Source of the DNA: a virus
Virus record (IMG/VR): IMGVR_UViG_3300034358_000044
Span: 131,736-195,735 of that record
Strand: one strand, 5' to 3'
DNA: 64,000 bases
The notes under the pieces were generated by a model, which was given only the letters and a program-made list of their open reading frames with translations, ran no database searches and was not told the DNA's origin. The translations under genes were made by a program, and so were the position numbers. The stretch's first letter is position 1; each line of letters opens with the position of its first letter. Positions 37,001-44,565 of the stretch are shown here, piece by piece.

Positions 37001-37398
37001 AGAAGCAGCTCAACGTCATTGCTGGTGGTGGTACCTACATCCTGGCCCAGGATGCGAGCGATGGTCCGGTCTTCAGCCGCCACCAGCTCTCCACGGACAC
37101 CTCCAGCATCGAGACCCGGGAGCTCTCCATCACCAAGGTGGTGGACTTCACGGCGAAGTTCCTCCGCCTCTCCATCAGGAAGTTCATCGGGTCGAACAAC
37201 ATCAACGATGGCCTGATGGACGCCCTCGGCACCACCATCAGTGCGGTGCTGAAGTTCCTGGAGAGCTCGGGAGTGCTGAGTGGGGCCAACCTGAACAACA
37301 TCGTCCAGGACTCGGTGAACAAGGACACGGTCCTCATCGATGTGACTCTCGACGTCCCGTACCCCTGCAACTACATCCGGCTGACCCTGGCGGTGTAG
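34009..37398 (+). CDS. Tail sheath protein
   Basis: 1129 aa; C-terminal sheath core YACACIAGMVAAKPPQQGFTN...RHQLSTD...TRELSITKVVDF...DVPYPCNYIRLTL. Confidence 0.9.
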   Translation: MAGELPRPGVEVLQTFKTASPSFTRPTLVPCAVGPAFEVINVLSSDGTLNSKAKYGSYAQFGSAITESSFPDPRNNIDELNVLEESVRPFMLSGGTLTELLTDPGSAFLATSHGAGKAALTSEVPSGFGTGLALQGKVLVLAIDQPARLSTVKDVTVTFSGSSALTAEQCASQINLAVGQTVAFVVGTGLTKQVRIVSPTFGAMSSVTVRAGGSANTLLQLGYNNGSAAHEERVEGSGFCGEDQNDNTTKTPWIKFRQGSYMVDGSTIATAQTKAGLVNIETNTFVADSWGSVTFGSSGTYDLRVGDFFYADGLRPGGAEVSKVEASRFKLGTINAAQSIADSSGKYISKVYDTLQVGTLYDANPLAPSFAYFKANDINWKRVAPTAAVLTGAVPASAAIAGSLSGSVGNSGPYLVAGLTLHYVSTIEGVDYEGVFTFTGGPYSDDAGLPGAGLLTAIDKVAALLNGHIPGVSVASSTPGVGNGVLKFVCSIAGRLDSITIKKDGTANAALGFSTSSDTTSSNQADASFTGLTGKSMSFKLDSNPHIYSVGFSSNSIDLAVTEINHALGAVVASKSSSATPSLVLTSTLKGSASKLEVLQTNPTGAEVTFGFVAGSNTVSSTGSGRPLPDAYLDDASVLHIQSQVVRDLVTGYPLDPKFNTATLYIQFKALRLDVTAVAKVAGVLRISDIPTLSAVLDPLTEDNPLGLAAFLMMINAPTFEVKLLGVDEVTAAAPMGTGPAYARAASLLEAEEVYALAPLTQDEVIHSLWVTHATVMSEPEQGGERIVFFNKKMPTRKNPTVALSGTQGNSTTTVNQMLLDGNPAPGLVAAGVNSSLPIPESAEVYLEFEVGGELRRYSVSSITGAMVNLRTSFSSTVNSEGFYSTTGLTEVVVNASYSLKVRGASLTVPGSNPPRPDYSLLSTTVSDANAGYGNRRAYSVFPDTVKTIISGIEKSIPGYYACACIAGMVAAKPPQQGFTNYPMTGLTGVAGTEKFSKKQLNVIAGGGTYILAQDASDGPVFSRHQLSTDTSSIETRELSITKVVDFTAKFLRLSIRKFIGSNNINDGLMDALGTTISAVLKFLESSGVLSGANLNNIVQDSVNKDTVLIDVTLDVPYPCNYIRLTLAV

Positions 37399-37432
37399 TG
37401 AGTTCTTCACCTGGACTTGAAGGAGAAAGCTG

Positions 37433-38128
37433 ATGACGACCATCACCAACTGGAGCCCTTACACCGACAAGGTGGACAACTCATCTGGACTCGGTGAGGG
37501 CCGATTCATCTCTGGAGCCTTCACCATGGTCGCAGCCGGCCCGCCTCGGCTGGCGACTGTGGGCCTGGGGGTCAAGTCCTCCAACTGGGCACTCCCCATC
37601 GGAGTCGTCCAGAACTTCAACCTGAGCCACAACCGGCAGTTCGCCAGGTTCTTCGAGCTCGGCTCTGAGCGCAGCTACTTCATCTCGGGTCGCACCATGG
37701 CTCAGGCAGGCTTCGGGCGCGTGATGTACCACGGCCCCTCGCTCCTGCGGATGATGTACTCGTTCTACAACGATGCGCTGCCGCCCACTCTGGTTCCCAC
37801 CTTCGGTGTGGATCCATCTGTCGCTGCGCTCGTGGCCAACCAGCACAACGTCCAGATCCCTCCAGGGTACGAGAACATCTACCTCAACCTGGCGTCGGAT
37901 CTCTTCAGCCAGCCCTGTGGAGTCCTGGTCTACATGAAGGACTCCAACGAGAAGACGGTGGCCGCCGTCTACCTGGAAGAGACGTACATCCCCTCTCACA
38001 GCATCGCGGTGGATGCTCAGGGAGTGGTGGTCCAGGAGCAGGTGTCCCTGCAGCCCGAGCGTGTGGTGCCCATTGCCGTACCGTCAGTGGCGCTCCTCAC
38101 CGCGACGATGCCAGGCGCAGTCAGCTAG
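37433..38128 (+). CDS. Tail tube protein
   Basis: 231 aa directly after the sheath; IGVVQNFNLSHNRQFARFFELGS tube-like pattern; followed by a terminator. Confidence 0.75.
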   Translation: MTTITNWSPYTDKVDNSSGLGEGRFISGAFTMVAAGPPRLATVGLGVKSSNWALPIGVVQNFNLSHNRQFARFFELGSERSYFISGRTMAQAGFGRVMYHGPSLLRMMYSFYNDALPPTLVPTFGVDPSVAALVANQHNVQIPPGYENIYLNLASDLFSQPCGVLVYMKDSNEKTVAAVYLEETYIPSHSIAVDAQGVVVQEQVSLQPERVVPIAVPSVALLTATMPGAVS

Positions 38129-38133
38129 GCTCT

Positions 38134-38189
38134 GAGGGCTAAAAGAAGGAGGGTCGGCCTCTTGGTGGAGGGGCCGGCCCTTCGTCTTT
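38134..38189. terminator. Bidirectional terminator between the tube and csp genes
   Basis: GAGGGCTAAAAGAAG, stem GGGTCGGCCTCT/AGGGGCCGGCCC, then TTCGTCTTT. Confidence 0.75.
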
Positions 38190-38396
38190 CTACTCGGCCT
38201 TCTGGACCTGCTCTGCCTGAGGCCCCTTGGCGCCCGTGGTGAGTTCGTAGGTGACGCGATCCCCCTCTGCCAGGGTGCGGAAGCCCTTCATCATGATGGA
38301 GGTGTGGTGGACGAAGACGTCCTTGCCACCCGAGTCCGGCACGATGAAGCCGAAGCCCTTTGCGTCATTGAACCACTTCACAGTGCCTGTTGCCAT
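38190..38396 (-). CDS. cspA: Cold-shock domain RNA chaperone
   Basis: [18 protein letters not shown]...DVFVHH...GPQAEQV with RNP1/RNP2; AAGGAG SD. Confidence 0.95.
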   Translation of the reverse strand: MATGTVKWFNDAKGFGFIVPDSGGKDVFVHHTSIMMKGFRTLAEGDRVTYELTTGAKGPQAEQVQKAE

Positions 38397-38532
38397 TTCC
38401 ACTTCTCCTTGGACAATCATTCTCCATGTCAGAAGGGGATGTGGGTAGCAAAAGAAGAAGCCCTCCCACTTGCGCAGGAGGGCTTCCGAATGGCACGCCC
38501 ATGGGAGGGGAAGCTGGGAGCGCCTCTCTTCG

Positions 38533-38961
38533 TTACGCCTGACCGTTCGGCGCGACGGGGTTGAACGGTGCGGCCTGCTGCACGGGAGCCGGGAGCTGGA
38601 CAGGAGCCGGAGCCTGGACCTGGCGAGCCGGATCGATGACCTTCTTCTGCATCTCCAGGGTGGAGGCGATGAGCTTGTCCAGCCCATCGGTGATGAGGGA
38701 GTCGATCTTGCTGACGATGAGGGTGTTGGCGGTGGGCCCAGTGAAGTTGCTACGCAGGGCTGCCAGGTCGATGAGCTTCATGACCGAGACACCTCCGCCA
38801 GACGGCACGAGGCTGATCTCCGCCTTCTCCGTGGATGCAGACGCCAGCTTGGCGGCCTTCTTGGAACCGTACGGAGCACGCGCCTTCTTCACCTTCGGCT
38901 CGGTCTCGGTCTTCTCACTGCGCTTTGCTGCCTTCGAACGATCGTAGACTCCACGTGGCAT
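38533..38961 (-). CDS. Protein with Lys/Arg/Ala-rich, histone-like N-terminus
   Basis: [17 protein letters not shown]...[16 protein letters not shown]; AAAGGA SD. Confidence 0.6.
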   Translation of the reverse strand: MPRGVYDRSKAAKRSEKTETEPKVKKARAPYGSKKAAKLASASTEKAEISLVPSGGGVSVMKLIDLAALRSNFTGPTANTLIVSKIDSLITDGLDKLIASTLEMQKKVIDPARQVQAPAPVQLPAPVQQAAPFNPVAPNGQA

Positions 38962-38994
38962 GGTAGTTCCTTTTGCTGTTGCGGTTGGTGGACT

Positions 38995-39195
38995 TCACTT
39001 CGTGTTTATGTCTCTAGTCGGTGAAAAGCAAGAACGAGACGGACTCTCCAGGAATTCCCTGACCATCTCTCTGACCAGGTGACCCTTGGACAGCTTCTTG
39101 CCTGTTTGCTGATACAGCTCCTGCCTCATCTTCTCCAGGCTCTCACTGAGCTCCGGAGTGAGCCTCAAGTCGATGCGGTAGTAGTTCTCTGGCAT
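38995..39195 (-). CDS. Putative ribbon-helix-helix (CopG/Arc-like) DNA-binding protein
   Basis: YRIDLRLTPELSESLEKM...LSKGHLVREMVREFL; TGATG coupling to the vWA gene. Confidence 0.6.
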   Translation of the reverse strand: MPENYYRIDLRLTPELSESLEKMRQELYQQTGKKLSKGHLVREMVREFLESPSRSCFSPTRDINTK

Positions 39196-41036
39196 CAAGT
39201 GGTCCTGAGGTAACTCACGAAAGACTTCTTAGCAAGAGCAATCAGAGAATTGAAGAGGTCTTCCTGATTCTCAGAGACCCGCTCCCAGAATCGAGGATGC
39301 CCGAACATCAGGGTGGCCGCTGCATCATTCACCTCATACCCAGAGAGGAGCCCAACCGTGTTTACTCCTTTCTTTCTGCCAGCTTGGATGTGCCTAGCGA
39401 CCTCGACGAAGAGGCTCTCGCTGTCCTTGGAGTGGGAAGAGCGTAGGCTGGTGGGGTATCCATCGGTCAAGACGAGAAGGTGTTGAACGGACCCAGGCAT
39501 TCCGTGAAGTCGTCGTATGGAGACATCGACTGCCTGTGGGAGAGGAGTCAGCCCCCAGACGTCTCCCACTCCTGGCCCGGAGTAGCCCTTCTCTGGGTTC
39601 TCGAACCGCAGCATCGAGGCTACCCCATGCTCGGTAGAAGTGAAGCCCCATACCTCCAACCGCGTGGTGGGGAACTTCATTGCCTTCGAGATGACTTTGC
39701 ACGCCCGCGAAACCGTACGCCACTTCTCCCTCATTGAGCCGCTCATGTCCAAGAGGATGATGGCGGAGAAGCCCTTCGAGCTCTCCTCGTCCACGAAGAT
39801 GTCCGTGTTGGAGGAACCGTTGAGGAAGTCGATATACGCCTGTGGATCCAGAGTGGAGCCTGAGTCGGAGGTCACCTGCCTCTTCCTGTCCATCAGCCTC
39901 GTGAAGGAGTGGCGCAGGGTCTGGACGATCTGTTCATCTGATGGGTACAGAACAAGGTCATCTACCTCACTGGCCTTCACCAGGCGTACCTCGACACTTC
40001 CCTCCAGCCCCTTCAGGAGTCGCTGACTGGGGGTGAGCACCTTGGAGCGGTTCTTGAGCTCAGACAGGATGCGCTCGACATCGAGCTGACTTCGCTCAAG
40101 AACCTTCTCGACCTGGGTCGGGTTGGAGACGCCCATGGCCATGCTCACCATGGACGCGGTGCTCTCCCACTCCGGGTCCAGCCCGACTGGCTGGACGGTC
40201 ATGTCCCCCATGCTCCAAGAGGCATTCAACTGCTTGGTGTGGTGGGAGGGCTTGGTGGAGCCGTGGTGAAGCTTGATGAGGGAGGTGACCTGGAGGGCCC
40301 CTTCCTCTGGAGTTACGCGAGCAGCGCCCTCAGGGGCCTTCTGGAAGGGCGTTGGAGTCCCTGATGAGGGAATGTACTGAATCGGTTTCGGCGGCAGGAG
40401 GTTGTAGGACTTGGGCGTGGTGTGAAGCATCGAGACATCCCGCAGCGTGGACTCGATGACCCACCGAGCGGCCAACAGGCAAGTGGGGAAGCCTCGAAGG
40501 ATGACCTTGCTGACTGCATCCTTCAGGGTTCCCTTGTAGCGCATCCACTCGCTGCGATTCATTTTGTCCTCAAGGCCCAGAGCCAGTCCCATAAGGAACA
40601 TGATGATGTCGTGCTGGTACCTCCCCGAGTCGAGGATGATGCGTCTCCACCTGTCCTGAATGGCCCCCGCCGAGTGGGGATAGATGAGCTTCCACAGTGA
40701 GCAGACCCGGAGGTCGTCTAGCCCATTCACCAGGAGGTGGATGAACTCGCCCATCATCAGCTCGTTCAGGTCCGGGAGCCGCGCCTTCAGAGCTGCAGCG
40801 TAGCTATCCGAGAATTGGGTACGAGCTCGGATGTTCGACTTGAAGACGATGTGCTGCCACTCGTGGGCCAGGATGAGCTCGGCCTCTGGATCCTCGATGG
40901 GAATGGAGATGAAGGTCTCGGTATCCGTCCTCCCAGGAGGGTTGTCGTAGAGAAGCGTGAGGTCTTTTCCTCTCAGACCACAGAAGATTTGATGCGTGCG
41001 GCTGATGATGTCGATTGTTTGCTGTCGATCGGGCAT
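39195..41036 (-). CDS. vWA-domain partner of a MoxR AAA+ ATPase (CobT-like) with N-terminal HExxH
   Basis: MIDAS LLDMSGS, LTPL, LTDGYP; N-terminal AHEWQH and NGLDDLRV; TAATG coupling to the AAA gene. Confidence 0.82.
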   Translation of the reverse strand: MPDRQQTIDIISRTHQIFCGLRGKDLTLLYDNPPGRTDTETFISIPIEDPEAELILAHEWQHIVFKSNIRARTQFSDSYAAALKARLPDLNELMMGEFIHLLVNGLDDLRVCSLWKLIYPHSAGAIQDRWRRIILDSGRYQHDIIMFLMGLALGLEDKMNRSEWMRYKGTLKDAVSKVILRGFPTCLLAARWVIESTLRDVSMLHTTPKSYNLLPPKPIQYIPSSGTPTPFQKAPEGAARVTPEEGALQVTSLIKLHHGSTKPSHHTKQLNASWSMGDMTVQPVGLDPEWESTASMVSMAMGVSNPTQVEKVLERSQLDVERILSELKNRSKVLTPSQRLLKGLEGSVEVRLVKASEVDDLVLYPSDEQIVQTLRHSFTRLMDRKRQVTSDSGSTLDPQAYIDFLNGSSNTDIFVDEESSKGFSAIILLDMSGSMREKWRTVSRACKVISKAMKFPTTRLEVWGFTSTEHGVASMLRFENPEKGYSGPGVGDVWGLTPLPQAVDVSIRRLHGMPGSVQHLLVLTDGYPTSLRSSHSKDSESLFVEVARHIQAGRKKGVNTVGLLSGYEVNDAAATLMFGHPRFWERVSENQEDLFNSLIALAKKSFVSYLRTT

Positions 41037-41968
41037 TAGACGGGTCTTCGTCGAAGATGGAGATTGGTGGAGACACTCATCCGAGTGATGTCCTCGATGC
41101 GCTTGAGCACCAGTGCCCTGTCCTCGGAGGAGAACTTCTGCCCCACGAGGAACAAGGTGTCTTCCCATCCCAGGCGAGAGTAGACGTGGAGTAGCTGCAC
41201 CAGGTCCCTGGGAGATAGAGAGTAGGCCGTTGCTTCTTGTCGAGTCTCTCGTGCGATGGCGATGAGGTTCTGGAGAATCTCATCAGGGATGACAACTCCC
41301 TCGGGGCTCATCTCCTGGAGAATGCGCTTCTCTGCACCAGGAGGTGGGTACGGCATGTCGATTTCAATGAAGCGGCTCTTCAGGTCCTCATTGAGCTCGT
41401 ACGTTCCACCGTAGGGACCAGAGGGATTCATCGTACCGGTGACGAAGAGCTTGCAGCCTGGGTTGAGCTCCAGTCGCCAGCTCAGTTCAGGAATCTCTAT
41501 CTTCTTTCTGAAGTCGGTGAGGGCGTTGAGTTCTTTCTGGCGCTGAGGACTCAGGGCGTTAAGCTCCTCGAATACCAGCATGGCCGCCCCCACCTCATTG
41601 GCGACCTGGATGGCGTTGGACACAGTCCCCAGGACGAAAGGGGTCGATCCGTTCTTTGCAACGAAGCCTCCCTTCAGATGCCGTTCCTTGGTCTCCTCGG
41701 AGCAATCCAAGGAGAGGTAAGGAAGTTGGTTCTGCTCCGCCAAGTAGGCGAACAGCAGGCTTTTCCCGTTGCCCTTGGCCCCAGTCAGGAGGATGTTGGG
41801 CGGGTCGAAGGTGCGGGTGACGGGGTTGAAGCAGAGCCGCTGCAGCATGGGTAGCAGCTCGAAGGTGTCGACGTACTTCAACCCCCGGGTCATTTTCAGA
41901 TCGCTGGGTGTCAAGTACCTCACCTCCACCCCACTGACTTGTAGTATTCCGCTTCCCAGCTGATTCAT
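41036..41968 (-). CDS. MoxR/CbbQ/NirQ/CobS-family AAA+ ATPase
   Basis: Walker A GAKGNGKS; Walker B variant LVFEELN; GTMNP; DLKSRF; SPRDL. Confidence 0.88.
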   Translation of the reverse strand: MNQLGSGILQVSGVEVRYLTPSDLKMTRGLKYVDTFELLPMLQRLCFNPVTRTFDPPNILLTGAKGNGKSLLFAYLAEQNQLPYLSLDCSEETKERHLKGGFVAKNGSTPFVLGTVSNAIQVANEVGAAMLVFEELNALSPQRQKELNALTDFRKKIEIPELSWRLELNPGCKLFVTGTMNPSGPYGGTYELNEDLKSRFIEIDMPYPPPGAEKRILQEMSPEGVVIPDEILQNLIAIARETRQEATAYSLSPRDLVQLLHVYSRLGWEDTLFLVGQKFSSEDRALVLKRIEDITRMSVSTNLHLRRRPV

Positions 41969-42006
41969 TCGGTCCCCTCGTGTGTTATGGTGAACTAGTC
42001 GGTGGC

Positions 42007-42034
42007 CTTATACCGAGAAGTGGCACTTCTTTGG
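42007..42034 (-). promoter_or_regulatory. Conserved bipartite phage promoter, copy 3
   Basis: CCAA-AGAAGTGCCACTTCT-CGGTATAAG, 39 nt upstream of the AAA start. Confidence 0.6.
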
Positions 42035-42047
42035 CAGGAGTAGCTCT

Positions 42048-42356
42048 ATGGCTGAAGAGGTTCTTCTATCCGACCGACTCTGCTCAGGAGACCGTCCATC
42101 GGTCCTGGCTGCAGGGATGGTTCTCGCTCAAGCACTTCGCAAGATGAAGGTTGTCGTCTTCATGGTGGACGCTCTCGGGCAAGTTGTTCTCATGCCCTCG
42201 GAGAGCGTCCAAGTTCTTGCATATCCCCACGTCCCCGATTCCGACCTCGACGCTCTCCCGGAGGATGAGGCCATTGCCTTGATGGTCTCAGAGAGCAGAG
42301 TTGAAGAGCACATCCTCCGCTACCTCGCCGGCCGACATTCGAGAGGAGTTTCCTGA
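42048..42356 (+). CDS. Hypothetical protein
   Basis: 102 aa; AGGAG SD. Confidence 0.55.
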   Translation: MAEEVLLSDRLCSGDRPSVLAAGMVLAQALRKMKVVVFMVDALGQVVLMPSESVQVLAYPHVPDSDLDALPEDEAIALMVSESRVEEHILRYLAGRHSRGVS

Positions 42357-42619
42357 TGCCCGGAGCTTACTGCGACTGGGAGCCATGCGAATGGCTTCAG
42401 CGTTTCGTCACAGACTTGATGCCCAAGGAAGTGAGCCCAGAGACAGTTCAGATGCTCACGCTCACTCCACCTAACAAGTGCAAGAAGAAGATGGCACCTG
42501 TTCAGCGAGTGACATTCTACTACTGCCCCTTCTGTGGAACCCGCCTCTCGGGCAACAAGGAAATCCTCGAATGGGTCCACAAGAAACAGGGTCAACAGGC
42601 TCGTGCCTCGGTGAGTTGA
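42356..42619 (+). CDS. Small Cys-rich protein
   Basis: TGATG coupling; CDWEPC...YCPFCG. Confidence 0.55.
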   Translation: MPGAYCDWEPCEWLQRFVTDLMPKEVSPETVQMLTLTPPNKCKKKMAPVQRVTFYYCPFCGTRLSGNKEILEWVHKKQGQQARASVS

Positions 42620-42681
42620 TGTGGGTGAAGTAGATTCTTCCCACTGTCGGCGCGCCTGAATACACTCCAGCTAGTTCGTGA

Positions 42682-42790
42682 GGACTTTCGGTCTGCCCGA
42701 CCGTATGGATCTACAGGTGGGATTGGCACTACCCATTCTGTGGCTTTCGAAAAGAAAGGTGCCGAGACGTTCCTGTAGCATCCAACGTCC
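42682..42790 (+). ncRNA. Candidate structured, pseudoknotted leader RNA upstream of the tail-fibre operon
   Basis: Nested pairings GGAC/GTCC, CGGTC/GACCG, TGGAT-CTACAGG/CCTGTAG-C-ATCCA, TGGG/CCCA, CTTTC/GAAAG; loop GGCAC complementary to GTGCC. Confidence 0.4.
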
Positions 42791-42842
42791 AGTGTTCGGG
42801 GACATAACCGCTCTACCGCTCTAAACCTCAAGGAGTTCACAC

Positions 42843-44534
42843 ATGGCGATTCATGTTTACCGGTTCAGGGCACAAGGCCCGAACACCACGGACATCACCC
42901 AGGAAGTCCCCGGGACGGTGACGTTCAGCGCTGCAGGCTTCCTGTACGTCGACTACAGCGCCGACAGCACCAACCTCCAAGACCTCACGGATGCCTTGGC
43001 GATTCGCGGGTGGGTCTACGACTCGACCGACCCGACGATGACCCCGGCGCAGCAGGCTGCTGCGAACGGCAGTGACGCGATCAACTTCCTCTTCAATGGA
43101 ACGCTGGTCGCCAAGCAGCCCAGCCTGAACATCGTCAGCGGTGCGACGGTGGTCAACAACGCTGGTGCCAACCGCATCGACATCACGATCCCCTCTGGTG
43201 TCGGTCTCGGCTCGGCCACTCCCAGCGCCATCAGCGCTGTAGCAGGTGCTGCTGGTTCTGCACCGGCATCGGCGCACGAGGACCACACCCACCAGGTGAC
43301 GGTCGGCTCTCCCGTCGCCGCTGGCACTGCCAACGCAGATGGCTCTTCCAACTCGCTGGCCCGTGCTGACCACGTCCACGCTGTTCCGTTCACTGCCGTC
43401 AACGCAGCTCTCGGTGCGGCCAACGCATCGGTCAGCGTCAACGGTCAGAAGATCGTCAACCTGGCGGAGCCGGTCGGCCCGCAGGATGCGGCCACCAAGG
43501 CGTACGTCGATGCGACCCAGCAGGGCCTCGATCCGAAGGAGTCGGCTCGCGTCTCTACCATCGCAGCGCTGCCTGCCAACACCCCGGCTGGCACGGGCGT
43601 CACCAAGACGCTGACCGCCAACGCCAACGGCACGCTGACCATCGATGGTGTGCTGCTCGCCCTGAATGACCGTGTTCTCGTGAAGGACGAGGCCTCGGCC
43701 GTCAACAACGGCGTGTACTACGTCACTGCCGCCGGCAGCGGCGCGGCACCCTGGGTTCTGACCCGGGCCACGGACGCCAACGCCACCTCGAAGGTCACCC
43801 CTGGACTCTACGTCTTCGTGGAGGAGGGAACCCAGGGCGGCAACGGCTACGTCCTGACCACGGTCGCCCCCATCACCCTGGACACCACTGGGCTCGTCTT
43901 CAGCCAGTTCTCGGGCGCTGGCCAGATCACCGCCGGCACCGGTATGACGAAGAGCGGCAACACGCTCAACGTCGTGGCTCACGTCGATGGGTCCATCCTC
44001 GTCCATGCGGACGACATCCAGGTCGGCGTCATCAGCGATGCGCAGCACGGCACTCGCGGTGGTGGCACGACCCACTCTGCGGCCACCGGCTCTGTCGCCG
44101 GCTTCATGTCCGCAGCCGACAAGACGAAGCTCGATGGCATCTCCGCCACGCCGGCAGATGACAGCTTCACCTTCGGCAACTTCAGCCTCGGCACCTCGAC
44201 GACTGCCCGGTTCCTCTCGCCTGGCTACGACTCGGCGGCAGCTCCGGTCATCACCCGTCAGTTCCGCGTTCCCCGTGCCGGCACCATCAAGAGCCTGCGC
44301 GTTCACTCGAACACGGCAGGAGTGGGGGCCAGCAACCTGACCTTCACCGTGCGCAAGAACAACACGAATCAGACGCTGTCCTGCACCTTCGCGAACACCA
44401 TCGTGGACGGACAGGATCTCGCCAACTCGTTCGCGGTGGCAGCAGGAGACCTCCTGGACGTCACGGTCACCAAGTCGGCGTCTCTCACCACGAGCCCGAT
44501 CGACGTGATTGCCTCGGTCGACTTCGCACCGTAA
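42843..44534 (+). CDS. Tail fibre protein 1
   Basis: N-terminal MAIHVYR anchor domain shared with two other fibres; EDHTH/DHVH motifs; one DRVLVKDE..NGVY module; AAGGAG SD. Confidence 0.8.
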   Translation: MAIHVYRFRAQGPNTTDITQEVPGTVTFSAAGFLYVDYSADSTNLQDLTDALAIRGWVYDSTDPTMTPAQQAAANGSDAINFLFNGTLVAKQPSLNIVSGATVVNNAGANRIDITIPSGVGLGSATPSAISAVAGAAGSAPASAHEDHTHQVTVGSPVAAGTANADGSSNSLARADHVHAVPFTAVNAALGAANASVSVNGQKIVNLAEPVGPQDAATKAYVDATQQGLDPKESARVSTIAALPANTPAGTGVTKTLTANANGTLTIDGVLLALNDRVLVKDEASAVNNGVYYVTAAGSGAAPWVLTRATDANATSKVTPGLYVFVEEGTQGGNGYVLTTVAPITLDTTGLVFSQFSGAGQITAGTGMTKSGNTLNVVAHVDGSILVHADDIQVGVISDAQHGTRGGGTTHSAATGSVAGFMSAADKTKLDGISATPADDSFTFGNFSLGTSTTARFLSPGYDSAAAPVITRQFRVPRAGTIKSLRVHSNTAGVGASNLTFTVRKNNTNQTLSCTFANTIVDGQDLANSFAVAAGDLLDVTVTKSASLTTSPIDVIASVDFAP

Positions 44535-44565
44535 GGTAGGTGCCTCAAGCTAGGAGCGGTGCCAC

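Noticed and set aside
34009-38128. T6SS, eCIS or tailocin interpretation of sheath, tube and spike
   Set aside because: Terminase, prohead protease and major capsid protein are in the same window, indicating a complete phage.
37433-38190. Tail assembly chaperone with programmed frameshift after the tube gene
   Set aside because: The tube gene is followed directly by a terminator and a convergent gene, with no chaperone or tape-measure ORF.
42700-42790. SAM-I or c-di-GMP-II riboswitch assignment
   Set aside because: Only the GGCAC/GTGCC pseudoknot and GGGA.TGGC / AAGGTGCC words resemble them. The AUC..GAU P1, GCAAC core and kink-turn GA pairs are missing.
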